Of a stretch of 49,936 nucleotides of DNA, positions 17,107 through 26,004 are shown piece by piece. The stretch covers positions 64,001-113,936 of the IMG/VR virus record IMGVR_UViG_3300046804_001058. One strand, given 5' to 3'. Made by a program: the position numbers and the translations under genes. The DNA comes from a virus (Duplodnaviria > Heunggongvirae > Uroviricota > Caudoviricetes). Every line of letters begins with the position of its first letter. The first letter of the stretch is position 1. The notes beneath the pieces were generated by a model. It ran no database searches. It saw nothing but the letters and a program-made list of their open reading frames with translations, and had not been told where the DNA came from.

Positions 17107-17265
17107 ATGACTGCTGGTAAAGCTAAGAAATCTGGAAGTCCTCGTAAGGCACCAAAGGTAGCTCCTCCTAAACCAATCAATGGTAATTATATGAGAGAAG
17201 CTGACAATCCTAAAAGATTGAAAAGTCCTATGGCTCCTATGAAACAAAAAAGATTATCAAAATGA
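17107..17265 (+). CDS. Small Lys/Pro-rich protein (52 aa)
   Basis: MTAGKAKKSGSPRKAPKVAPPKP...; manual translation. Confidence 0.65.
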   Translation: MTAGKAKKSGSPRKAPKVAPPKPINGNYMREADNPKRLKSPMAPMKQKRLSK

Positions 17266-17339
17266 TTTGTTCTATTCATGAAATAGTAATCAAGGATAAT
17301 GAAGGTTGTCCTAAATGCTTAGAAGAGAACAATAAATAG
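17262..17339 (+). CDS. 25-aa putative Zn-binding micropeptide
   Basis: MICSIHEIVIKDNEGCPKCLEENNK (CxxH...CxxC); ATGA overlap. Confidence 0.45.
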   Translation: MICSIHEIVIKDNEGCPKCLEENNK

Positions 17340-17386
17340 GTAGTACCTATCTGCATACCGTAAGATCTGCTCTTAGGTCATATAAG

Positions 17387-17420
17387 AAAAGCCCCCTGAT
17401 TAATTTCAGAGGGCTTTTTT
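17387..17420. terminator. Bidirectional intrinsic terminator at the convergence point
   Basis: AAAAGCCC-CCTGA-TTAATT-TCAGA-GGGCTTTTTT, flanked by A and T tracts. Confidence 0.85.
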
Positions 17421-17425
17421 ATTTA

Positions 17426-17713
17426 CTACCAGATTTGAATCACGTCAAATGGTGATACCAGTATTGCACGGTCATCTTTATCATTGATAGGAACTAGTGT
17501 AGCTTTGTTTAAAGCTGCTGGATCTACCAACACTACATCTCCTTCTTTGATTTCTGTAACAATAGTACCCACTTGTAACACTTTTAACTTTGACATCTTA
17601 TTAAGCAATTCTCTTTGTAATGCTTCTTTTGTGTTCTCGTCTACAATTAATTTGCTTTCCTCATCTTGTGGAGGTAATTCTAATAGAATTCTGTTTCCTA
17701 ATAACTTTGCCAT
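17426..17713 (-). CDS. groES: GroES/Cpn10-like co-chaperonin
   Basis: LLGNRILLE...KVLQVGTIVTEIKEGDVVLVD. Confidence 0.7.
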   Translation of the reverse strand: MAKLLGNRILLELPPQDEESKLIVDENTKEALQRELLNKMSKLKVLQVGTIVTEIKEGDVVLVDPAALNKATLVPINDKDDRAILVSPFDVIQIW

Positions 17714-17715
17714 TG

Positions 17716-17997
17716 CTATTTATTTAAGTTGTTAAATCTTGTCATATCTTCATCATACAGTCTAATCTCTGTTTGATACGTATTACGCTCTCTTTTCTGA
17801 CCAATCACTTTACCATTCTTAACGTCTGGTACGTTCTCTGAACGCTCATGAATATCATCTAAGATGATTAATAACTCGTTATCATCCATTTGGATTGATC
17901 TAATCACTTTATTTAAGTTAAAGCTGTCTGTGTAGGATTTCTCTGGGCCATTACCTGTACCGCCACCTACTTTTCTTGTGTAAAAGAATAAACTCAT
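17716..17997 (-). CDS. Hypothetical protein
   Basis: ORF track. Confidence 0.7.
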   Translation of the reverse strand: MSLFFYTRKVGGGTGNGPEKSYTDSFNLNKVIRSIQMDDNELLIILDDIHERSENVPDVKNGKVIGQKRERNTYQTEIRLYDEDMTRFNNLNK

Positions 17998-18431
17998 GGT
18001 TTAATATTTATTTGGTTATCTAATTGTTTTGACAAATATTGTAATTGGTATGCATAAACTTCCTCTGTAGAATCATTCAAAGGAACACCAGCCCATTTCA
18101 TTATATTAATTGTAGTGTGAAATAGCTCATGGTTAATTATATCTATACGAGTTCCGTATGGCATCCACATGATGATAGGTTTACCATCCTGTGTATCAAA
18201 TGTAACTGCTCTACAATCAAAGATCTCAGATGTAACTGTAGAGTCTAAGTTTTCTCTTACATACTTAGCAGCAAATGCTGTATCATCTGTAATAAGAACT
18301 TTTACATCTAAATCAAATATACTTCCTGGGAGAGTAACTAATTCATACTTAGTTGCAATTTCTTTAGTTTCCTTGCATGATGAATATAGCATTGTAGATA
18401 AAATGGCGAATAATAAAATTTTAAATTTCAT
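17994..18431 (-). CDS. Lipoprotein-signal protein with HExxH motif
   Basis: MKFKILLFAILSTMLYSS/C; INHELFH; EEVYAY. Confidence 0.6.
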   Translation of the reverse strand: MKFKILLFAILSTMLYSSCKETKEIATKYELVTLPGSIFDLDVKVLITDDTAFAAKYVRENLDSTVTSEIFDCRAVTFDTQDGKPIIMWMPYGTRIDIINHELFHTTINIMKWAGVPLNDSTEEVYAYQLQYLSKQLDNQINIKP

Positions 18432-18837
18432 ATTTCTTTTTTAATTGTTCACGTCTATTGTTTACTTCCTCATACTTATACATGTCCTTTTCTACTTGGT
18501 CATGTTCATTTAATGTCAAAAGTATGATATTTTCTTCATCTAGAGCAGCTTCAGGATATTTTTCTTTTGATAAAATGTGGTGAAAATATACTGACAATGG
18601 TTCTCCAACTAATGGAAGCCCACTCACTTCAGATAAATGCTGTCTCTTTTTCCAGATTTCTAGAAAGAAAGACCTCATTATATTAATTTTCTCTTTATCT
18701 ACAAAAGACTGCACCTTGGCTTTTACTCCTAGTTGTTTAGAAGCAGCTAAGGGTTTACGTTTAATATGATTAACACATAAACCCTTAGACCACACTCTAT
18801 TTTCACAACCTTCTATTACGCAGGTTTTGCTTTTCAT
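18421..18837 (-). CDS. HNH-like endonuclease with N-terminal Cys/His finger
   Basis: CVIEGC...GLCVNH; YFHHILSK..YPE...ENIILL...EH. Confidence 0.6.
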   Translation of the reverse strand: MKSKTCVIEGCENRVWSKGLCVNHIKRKPLAASKQLGVKAKVQSFVDKEKINIMRSFFLEIWKKRQHLSEVSGLPLVGEPLSVYFHHILSKEKYPEAALDEENIILLTLNEHDQVEKDMYKYEEVNNRREQLKKKYEI

Positions 18838-18841
18838 AGGA

Positions 18842-19282
18842 CTACTTTAATCCTGTTGAACCAAAACCACCATCTCCTCTATCAGACTCTTCCAACTCAT
18901 TAGCTTGGATGATGTCTACAAGAGTAACTGGTTCAAAGTAGATTTGTGCTACTCTTTCACCTACACCATAAGGGAATTGATTATCCATCACAGTGCCTCT
19001 CAATGATGTAAATACAGCTTTCCATTCACCACGGTAGTCTGCATCTATTACACCAAATGAATTGTTTAACACCCAATCATATTTAGTTAAGTTGCTTCTA
19101 GGTACAATAATACCCTTATATCCTACAGGGATTTCTGTTTTGAATCCTAAGCCAACAACTATTTTGTTATTGGCATTGGATGTAATATCATGTGCATACA
19201 CATCATAACATGCAGCATACTTAGATCCTTTGATGGGCATCTTTACATCATCTGTAGTTTTCTTAAATTTCACTTGTATCAT
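18842..19282 (-). CDS. dut: Trimeric dUTPase
   Basis: AACYDVYA, IVPRSNL, GVIDADYRGE, ERVAQI, RGDGGFGSTG; start moved to MIQVKF. Confidence 0.93.
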   Translation of the reverse strand: MIQVKFKKTTDDVKMPIKGSKYAACYDVYAHDITSNANNKIVVGLGFKTEIPVGYKGIIVPRSNLTKYDWVLNNSFGVIDADYRGEWKAVFTSLRGTVMDNQFPYGVGERVAQIYFEPVTLVDIIQANELEESDRGDGGFGSTGLK

Positions 19283-20306
19283 CTTGTTCAGTTTTTGTTT
19301 CTGTTTCTGTTTGCTTAATTTTATTAATGATCTGCTGTTTGATGTCATTGTAGAACTCTTCATTGTCTGTCAACATTGATTTGAATTCTTCAAGGTCATA
19401 CTTAATATCATTGATAGTCATAGTTTTACCATACTTTCTACCAATACCATAATCATTAATAAGAGTCATGATTTCATCAAGCTTGTCAATACCTACACCA
19501 TATACAATCTCAAATTGTGCTAATTGATATGGAGGGCACATTTTGTTCTTGATAGCTTTCACTTTAGTAATATTACCATAGTTTACATCACCATCTTTTG
19601 CTAATGATTTGCTCACCTCAATTCTACAATCACTGTAGAACTTCAATGCATGACCACCTTGAGTTGTAGTAGGATTACCAAACATAACACCAATCTTCTC
19701 ACGATACTGAGAGATAACAATAAGACATACATTATTGTCTGCAACAGCAGATTTTAACTTAGGATAGGCATTACTATTCAATCTAGCCTTATAGCCAATA
19801 GTGCTATCACCTACATCACCATCTAATTGTTTCTTAGGAATCAATGATGAGTCTGAGTCAATGATAACAAGACCAACTTCTCCAGTTTCAATCATTTCCA
19901 TAGCAATGTTAAAACCTTCCTCACCACATGATGGTTGAGCAATTAACATTTCTGATGTGTTAACACCAATAGCTTCAAAATAATTTTTATCAACAGCATG
20001 CTCGCCATCAATATAAACTACTTTGTTACCTTTCTTTTGTGCTTCTGCTACAACGTGACCACATATAGTTGACTTACCAGAACCTTCCCAGCCCATCAAC
20101 TCATACATTTTACCTTTAACAAAACCACCAACACCTAATGTAATGTAATCAAACCCAATAGATCCTGTAGAGATGACATCATATTCACCACTACCTTTTG
20201 AGTCAAGTGTAAGTACTGTACCTACACCATAAGCTTTGTTTAATTTGTCCAAAGCTTCTTGGAATTTAGAGACACCGCTGTCTGCTGTTTTTGCTGCTTT
20301 CGCCAT
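19263..20306 (-). CDS. recA: RecA recombinase
   Basis: GWEGSGKST, YIDGEHA, VIIDS, QYREKIGVMFGNPTTTQGGHALKFY, KNKMCPP. Confidence 0.95.
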   Translation of the reverse strand: MAKAAKTADSGVSKFQEALDKLNKAYGVGTVLTLDSKGSGEYDVISTGSIGFDYITLGVGGFVKGKMYELMGWEGSGKSTICGHVVAEAQKKGNKVVYIDGEHAVDKNYFEAIGVNTSEMLIAQPSCGEEGFNIAMEMIETGEVGLVIIDSDSSLIPKKQLDGDVGDSTIGYKARLNSNAYPKLKSAVADNNVCLIVISQYREKIGVMFGNPTTTQGGHALKFYSDCRIEVSKSLAKDGDVNYGNITKVKAIKNKMCPPYQLAQFEIVYGVGIDKLDEIMTLINDYGIGRKYGKTMTINDIKYDLEEFKSMLTDNEEFYNDIKQQIINKIKQTETETKTEQDDTSEI

Positions 20307-20381
20307 GTTTTAACTGTTTTTGTACGTACAAATTTACTGAAAATGTATGAAATTTCCATAACTTTTTTGGATAATTGCCAC

Positions 20382-20413
20382 AAAAAACCCCCACCGTAGA
20401 AACAGCAGGGGTT
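20382..20413 (-). terminator. Probable intrinsic terminator upstream of recA
   Basis: Minus strand AACCCCTGCTG-TTTCTA-CGGTGGGGGTT-TTTT. Confidence 0.55.
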
Positions 20414-20480
20414 ATGTGACATACAATTAAACAAAAACAGTTATGCAATATTACGTATATAAAAGCATATAAACGTAATA

Positions 20481-20648
20481 TTATCCAATATTTTCTTTTT
20501 CTAACTTTTTGTTTCCTTTTTTAACAGGTTTAGTGTAAGGGCAATGTCTGCAGTTATTACCACAGCAATGCCCTCGTTCCTTGTGAAACTTCTCAGTAAA
20601 GACTACCTTACCGTTCTCCAGATAATATAAATCATTATTGGACTTCAC
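20481..20648 (-). CDS. DUF5522-like Cys-rich protein
   Basis: YYLENGKVVFTEKFHKERGHCCGNNCRHCPY; GTG start overlaps the nrdJ end. Confidence 0.7.
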   Translation of the reverse strand: MKSNNDLYYLENGKVVFTEKFHKERGHCCGNNCRHCPYTKPVKKGNKKLEKENIG

Positions 20649-22566
20649 AAGCACCTCCTGCACAGGCTGCAACTTGACCAAAGTCAACATTGTCATCAGC
20701 CTCTATAACTTTTGTTAAATCTATTTCTTTTACAGAAGCAATACGTGTATTGTATTCTTCTTCTGTAATATCTTCAAATGGAGCTTGTTTGTATGTACCA
20801 CCAAAGTATGGTAATACAGATAAGCCATTGTACACTTCTCTATTGCCCCACATCCAAAGTCCCACAGCTTCCCATTCATCTAACCAACCATCTTCTCTCA
20901 ATGTAAATTGATTTCCGTTACCATCATTCATGTTAATAGCACTATACTTCTTAGCACTGTCAATAGATATAGTAGCACTTACATTGTGTGTATTAGCCCC
21001 ATCAATGTGACCAGGTTTAATCCATTCTGTAGAGAACTTCTTAACACGCTCTAACGTATCAATTGCTGTCTCTGTTCTGAAGATAGAACCTTCAGGTGCT
21101 TTCACAGGGATACGTACACAAACTGTATCTTGAGGACGTAATACATCATCTTCACATAACTCAGGATGGTTAATCATCAGGTATTGTGCAATAGCCTCAT
21201 TCTTGTTAAATCTCATAGTACGTAAGTAATATGGAGCATGCCAAGCATGAATACCGCTTGCTGTACCTAATACAAGACTAGTTGTACCTGAAGGCTTGAT
21301 ACATGTAATACGAGCTGCTTCGTTGGTTCCAATTAATGCAGAGATGTCTCTGTTAACAGTCTTGGCTGTGTGTGCAACTAATTCTAGATTGTACTTCAAT
21401 ACTTCACCAGAACCAATACCAGTCATACCAATACCCAATAGAGCATCTTTAGCTGTTGTCTTCTGCCAGATAGGACGTAAGTAATGGAAATCTACAAACC
21501 CTGCTTGTAATGTACCAAAGAATGCAGCCACTGCTACACGGTTGTTAAGATCTTCTTGAGACTCAACATCTGATACATTCACCTCACATAAGTTACAGAA
21601 TTGGAAAGGACGTAATCCAATCTCACAACAAGGATTAGTTCCCCAATCTAGGTCATTAGACCAATAGATACCTGGTTCACCTGAACCTGATGCTTCAATA
21701 CGCTTCCATAAAGCCATGAATTCTGCTTCATCCACTTCACCTCTCTTTAACACTGCAGAGTTATTACTTCTACCACGTTGCTCATTCAATTCCCACCAGT
21801 TACCATACTTACATGTAATCATTTCCTTATCATCATGGCTGAATAAGCTAATCATTGCTGATCTACGAATTCCACCTGCTAGTACTGAGTTAGCAATGTG
21901 ACACATGATGTCATGACACTCTAGAGGAGATAGTTTTGATCCATTCTCTTTACGCTCCATGATGGCATCAATATGAGCTAAAGCAATCTTCAATGGTTCT
22001 GGACCAGGTGCTTTACCACCAGCTGTTACTAATCTTGCTCCTTTCTCACGAATAGCTCTGAAGTCAAATTTAGGCTTAGCTCCACCCTCAAAGTAGAACT
22101 TCATCAATACCTTCACTGCATCAGCCCATCCCATAATAGAATCTTCAATTAAGAAGTTACGGTGCTTGTAGTTTTCCTGCTTCTTAATAGCTGGTAACTG
22201 CTCTACATGGTGCTTCTGTACAGAGAAACCTACACCTGAACCACCTAACAACAAGAACATTGTCTCACTGAAGCTGTATAAGCTATCAACTGGCAGATAA
22301 GCACAGTTATAACCTCTTGCATTATTCACTTCCATGGCTGGACCAGCAAACTGTAAAGCTCTCATAGAAGGTAACACCTTCTTTTCTCTGATAAACTTGG
22401 CACTTTCTATAATTGCTAGCTCTAATTTAGGATATTTCTTGATCATCATTGTCTGATATCTATCCACTATTTCATCCCAAGTCTCTCTTCTTTGGAGCTG
22501 GGGCACATGCTTAGCATATTTGCTAAACACTGTAATTTTTCCTAAGGCATCTAATCCTAAATCCAT
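20635..22566 (-). CDS. nrdJ: Class II (B12-dependent) ribonucleoside-triphosphate reductase
   Basis: PSMRAL, NCAY, GTNPCCEI, QFCNLCEV, TCIKPSGTTS, C-terminal ACAGGACEV; no NrdB nearby. Confidence 0.9.
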   Translation of the reverse strand: MDLGLDALGKITVFSKYAKHVPQLQRRETWDEIVDRYQTMMIKKYPKLELAIIESAKFIREKKVLPSMRALQFAGPAMEVNNARGYNCAYLPVDSLYSFSETMFLLLGGSGVGFSVQKHHVEQLPAIKKQENYKHRNFLIEDSIMGWADAVKVLMKFYFEGGAKPKFDFRAIREKGARLVTAGGKAPGPEPLKIALAHIDAIMERKENGSKLSPLECHDIMCHIANSVLAGGIRRSAMISLFSHDDKEMITCKYGNWWELNEQRGRSNNSAVLKRGEVDEAEFMALWKRIEASGSGEPGIYWSNDLDWGTNPCCEIGLRPFQFCNLCEVNVSDVESQEDLNNRVAVAAFFGTLQAGFVDFHYLRPIWQKTTAKDALLGIGMTGIGSGEVLKYNLELVAHTAKTVNRDISALIGTNEAARITCIKPSGTTSLVLGTASGIHAWHAPYYLRTMRFNKNEAIAQYLMINHPELCEDDVLRPQDTVCVRIPVKAPEGSIFRTETAIDTLERVKKFSTEWIKPGHIDGANTHNVSATISIDSAKKYSAINMNDGNGNQFTLREDGWLDEWEAVGLWMWGNREVYNGLSVLPYFGGTYKQAPFEDITEEEYNTRIASVKEIDLTKVIEADDNVDFGQVAACAGGACEVQ

Positions 22567-22590
22567 GTTTAATTGTTTTTATTTTATTTA

Positions 22591-22626
22591 AAAAATGAGG
22601 GTTGCAAATGTACAACCCCCATTTTT
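22591..22626 (-). terminator. Hairpin/terminator whose loop is a promoter -7 element
   Basis: Minus strand AAAAATGGGGGTTG-TACATTTG-CAACCCTCATTTTT. Confidence 0.65.
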
Positions 22627-22635
22627 ATATTCCAA
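22605..22635 (-). promoter_or_regulatory. Bacteroidota-type promoter for nrdJ
   Basis: TTG(22635-22633)-N20-TACATTTG(22612-22605). Confidence 0.65.
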
Positions 22636-22650
22636 GAAAATCAGAAAATT

Positions 22651-22902
22651 CTATCTAATCAATTCTCTTATTTTATAGCCCAATTCTGCATCATTTGCAT
22701 AGGTTTTAACTAAGTTAGTTATTTCCTTATTTTGGTCCATAATTTTCTGTAAATAAAGGGTTGCATCCATCAATTCTTCCTGGAGATGTTTAAGATAGTT
22801 ATCCTTATTATTAGTTTCTAGGGTGGTGCCATACTTGGCTATACCCACCTCACTACGTTTGGCATACTTCTCAATTACCTCCAATACTACTTGATCACTC
22901 AT
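22651..22902 (-). CDS. MazG-like/T7 gp1.7-like nucleotide metabolism protein
   Basis: RSEVGIAKYGTTL...YLKHLQEELMDATLYLQK. Confidence 0.55.
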   Translation of the reverse strand: MSDQVVLEVIEKYAKRSEVGIAKYGTTLETNNKDNYLKHLQEELMDATLYLQKIMDQNKEITNLVKTYANDAELGYKIRELIR

Positions 22903-23261
22903 AACTTATCATTTAAGATTTGAAATGCTAATTCAATGGCTTTCTTTTCAGCTTCTACTCTAGTAGCTCCTTCACCAGACTTTGATTCCACTACATACTT
23001 GAAGTTCATACCTCCAACCAGTTCATTAGGCATAACTCCAATATACACTTCATGAGCATCAAATGCATCAAACAAAGCTCTAGGCATTGCATCTATCATC
23101 TTAGCTACTGTGTCATTATCTATACCTTGCTCCTTGGCAAACTCTTTAAAGTTATCTGGAAGGTCTTCACCCTCCATAGAATCTAAGAATTTACCTAAAT
23201 AGAAGTCTTTAACTACACTGGCTGCTTTGCCATAATTTTCTAACAATTCTTGACTACTCAT
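22899..23261 (-). CDS. Hypothetical protein
   Basis: ORF track; coupled. Confidence 0.7.
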   Translation of the reverse strand: MSSQELLENYGKAASVVKDFYLGKFLDSMEGEDLPDNFKEFAKEQGIDNDTVAKMIDAMPRALFDAFDAHEVYIGVMPNELVGGMNFKYVVESKSGEGATRVEAEKKAIELAFQILNDKL

Positions 23262-23478
23262 AGTTTACACATTTATTACGTTTTTCTAATTTTTTACCAT
23301 TCTCCTTCCACCAGTCTCTTTCATAAGACCATTCACTTGGCTCAGGATAGTATTGTTTGTCTTTCTCTACGCTGTCAAACAGCATAGCATTCTTTACACT
23401 CTCCATTTTACAGAAGAGGATAGTAGCCTCCTCACCAAACTGGCGAACAAGCTCTTCTAATATCTCATGATTGTACAT
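23254..23478 (-). CDS. Hypothetical protein
   Basis: ORF track; coupled. Confidence 0.65.
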   Translation of the reverse strand: MYNHEILEELVRQFGEEATILFCKMESVKNAMLFDSVEKDKQYYPEPSEWSYERDWWKENGKKLEKRNKCVNYE

Positions 23479-24022
23479 GCTCTTTAAGTTTATCTAAGTT
23501 AAGTACTTCATTTTCTTCAAAGAAACCATCCCAAACTTCCATTTTTTCATCTAGTTCCATGTCAAATTTGTCTTCCCAAAATTTCTTCAGATCATTTGTC
23601 TTATTGAAGATGCGATACTGTAAACTCACCTCATCTTTTCTAAGCCCATTTCTGTTAATTTTAACAACTTTAGGGAATATTTCCTGGAATTTAGGAGAAG
23701 TTTGAGAATATTTACCTTGTTTTATTAGCTCAAAGTCTTTTTCTAGCTTCTCATTTAGCTTATAAACCACCACTACATAACCATCTTCATAATCATAATC
23801 ATCAATGATTTGTTTAGTGCGTTCATATTCTTCATCTAGAAAATCTCTGAATTTATCTAAATCCTCTGGTTTAAAAAGAAGATAGACAGCATCTTCATAC
23901 TGTATTTCTTTTCTACCATCTTTTATATAACCATTAATAAATCCATTGTCCACCAGCTTTTCTCTTCCAATACTAAGCGTGGGGACAATGAATATACTGG
24001 TTATGGTCTTTTTTATTTCCAT
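23465..24022 (-). CDS. Hypothetical protein
   Basis: ORF track; coupled to the exonuclease gene. Confidence 0.75.
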   Translation of the reverse strand: MEIKKTITSIFIVPTLSIGREKLVDNGFINGYIKDGRKEIQYEDAVYLLFKPEDLDKFRDFLDEEYERTKQIIDDYDYEDGYVVVVYKLNEKLEKDFELIKQGKYSQTSPKFQEIFPKVVKINRNGLRKDEVSLQYRIFNKTNDLKKFWEDKFDMELDEKMEVWDGFFEENEVLNLDKLKEHVQS

Positions 24023-25065
24023 TAACCTAATTTTGCTACACCGTTATTTAAATAGTTTTGTCTAGAGATGTTCCATTTGTCATTCTCAATGGCCCATTGT
24101 AAGTCTTCAACAATAGCTTCAACACCTGGATACTGAGTTCCTTTGTACTCAAATCCAAACTTTGCTTCTGTCATGTTGATATCAGACATTTGATAAACTA
24201 GTGGAGCAGTGTAATTTGTACTATCACATACAATAAATGCAGGATACAACACTGTATATCCATCTTTTACTAAGTCAGCAAAATGATGCTTTGCTGCATA
24301 ATAATACAAATAGCCCTGGATATACGCTCTACGATATAAGTAATACTCTTTGTAGAAGTTCTCTACAGACCAAGTACACTTCAAGTCATAAGGTCTGATG
24401 TATTTCTCTTTGTGATCAACAATCACTTTGTCAATCATAGACTTAAACATGTGACCTTCCACTTCATATCCCTCAATTTGTAATTGATTATATACGTCAT
24501 AGTTAGCACTTCTAACCAAGTTTACAATTGGTGCAGTGAAGTCATTAGTCTTTAACTCTTCTACAATCTTAGTAGCATTATCTACTTCTTGCATTGTAAT
24601 AACAGTTAATCCTCTACGTCTCACTTCAACCATCTCTTTAAAATAAACTTCTGCATCTGTGCCTAAGAATTTACCTAGTACAGCATCAAGTTTAATCTTG
24701 AAACCGCTATCAACATATGCATCTTTAGTTAGATCCTCAAAGGTTCTGGTAACTACACCATCTTCATTTGTAGCTGCAAGAGTGTGCTTACATAATGCTT
24801 CTACAAAATCTAACATCATTGCTGTTGGAGCAGATGTAACAACTGACATATGGAAACGGTTATCAAACTCTTCTGGTTCTAATAACATTGTTTCTACAAC
24901 CCTACCTGTAGTGGCAGCTTTGTTGTCTTCTTCTTCTACTGCTTCATTAAGAATGTACTTCTTGTGGTACTTCTTACGGTTCATTGAGAACTCTTTTAAG
25001 CTGGAACTGCTGTCCATCTTAACTGCTCTGTACTGAGCTTCTGTTTTTGTTTGTCCTTGTATCAT
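24022..25065 (-). CDS. PD-(D/E)XK (RecB/ExoVIII-like) exonuclease
   Basis: SSSSLKEF, MIDKV...YDLKCT, YIQGYLY (QxxxY). Confidence 0.75.
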   Translation of the reverse strand: MIQGQTKTEAQYRAVKMDSSSSLKEFSMNRKKYHKKYILNEAVEEEDNKAATTGRVVETMLLEPEEFDNRFHMSVVTSAPTAMMLDFVEALCKHTLAATNEDGVVTRTFEDLTKDAYVDSGFKIKLDAVLGKFLGTDAEVYFKEMVEVRRRGLTVITMQEVDNATKIVEELKTNDFTAPIVNLVRSANYDVYNQLQIEGYEVEGHMFKSMIDKVIVDHKEKYIRPYDLKCTWSVENFYKEYYLYRRAYIQGYLYYYAAKHHFADLVKDGYTVLYPAFIVCDSTNYTAPLVYQMSDINMTEAKFGFEYKGTQYPGVEAIVEDLQWAIENDKWNISRQNYLNNGVAKLG

Positions 25066-25301
25066 TTGTTTAATTGTTTAAATGCGTCAATAATCTGAGG
25101 GACCATCCCTCTAATTTCTCTTGGTACTCTTTGGAAGAACCATCTTACATCTAGTTCATACTCATTACCGTGAGGATCAACTCCCTTAGGATGTATAAGC
25201 CAAAACTGATAAAGTTCTCCTTTGTAATTAACAGCTCCTTCATACCAAATCTCATTGAATGATGGAGTTTTGTTAATCTCAATTGTGATGTTCTGTTCCA
25301 T
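25062..25301 (-). CDS. Hypothetical protein
   Basis: ORF track. Confidence 0.65.
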   Translation of the reverse strand: MEQNITIEINKTPSFNEIWYEGAVNYKGELYQFWLIHPKGVDPHGNEYELDVRWFFQRVPREIRGMVPQIIDAFKQLNK

Positions 25302-25302
25302 A

Positions 25303-25551
25303 TTAATAATCTATTTCATCAGGAATCCACTTATATCCATATAAATGGTAGTCAGCTCCTCCTATTTTACTTTTATACTTATCTTTTGAAACATAAGTAC
25401 GTTTAGTTTTGAGTTCTTCTGGTGTTAACACCATTGTATCACTACCATACTTCACTCTAACTGATTCGTTTTCATCAATGCATTTCTGCACTTCAAAATC
25501 ACGGAGGTGAATCCTTCCCCCAAAATCTGATGTTACTTTAATATCTTTCAT
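25303..25551 (-). CDS. Hypothetical protein
   Basis: ORF track. Confidence 0.65.
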   Translation of the reverse strand: MKDIKVTSDFGGRIHLRDFEVQKCIDENESVRVKYGSDTMVLTPEELKTKRTYVSKDKYKSKIGGADYHLYGYKWIPDEIDY

Positions 25552-25955
25552 TTCTTTTCATTTTGTGTTTTAACATTGTGACATGCTTCGCAAAGCACTT
25601 GTAAATTATCTTGCTCACAGAATAATCTTTCTACAAATCCTGGTAAGTCTTCTTTACAGTTTAAGCTTCCTGCAGGTATGATGTGATCTACGTTAATTAG
25701 TTTCTCTGGAAACCAATCACCACAACATTTGCATTTATACTCAAACTTTTGTCTCTTACCTGGACCCTTATAAGGTCTACGAGCTTTCATTTTACATTCA
25801 GAAATGGGCTTCCACCACCTTGACTTCTGTCTGAGAGCACTTCTGATGAAACTCCAGAAGGCTGATTCTGTCATAGTACCAGCGTTCCTAGTTTTAGGAA
25901 CTCTTGGTCTCTTAGGGACAGCAGACTTTCTCTTGTTTGCCTTTTTCTTTATCAT
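25548..25955 (-). CDS. HNH endonuclease
   Basis: CKCC...VDHIIPAG...NLQVLCEACHNVKT. Confidence 0.85.
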   Translation of the reverse strand: MIKKKANKRKSAVPKRPRVPKTRNAGTMTESAFWSFIRSALRQKSRWWKPISECKMKARRPYKGPGKRQKFEYKCKCCGDWFPEKLINVDHIIPAGSLNCKEDLPGFVERLFCEQDNLQVLCEACHNVKTQNEKK

Positions 25956-25972
25956 ACTATAGTTTTAAATAA

Positions 25973-25996
25973 TCCCAGGGAACTTAATCCCTGGGA
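25973..25996 (-). terminator. Stem-loop after rIIB
   Basis: TCCCAGGGA-N6-TCCCTGGGA; T-rich tail on the minus strand. Confidence 0.65.
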
Positions 25997-26004
25997 CTAC
26001 AAAT

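Noticed and set aside
20447-20482. Inverted repeat AATATTACGT-N16-ACGTAATATT
   Set aside because: AT-rich with a long loop, next to a better terminator; no supportable function.
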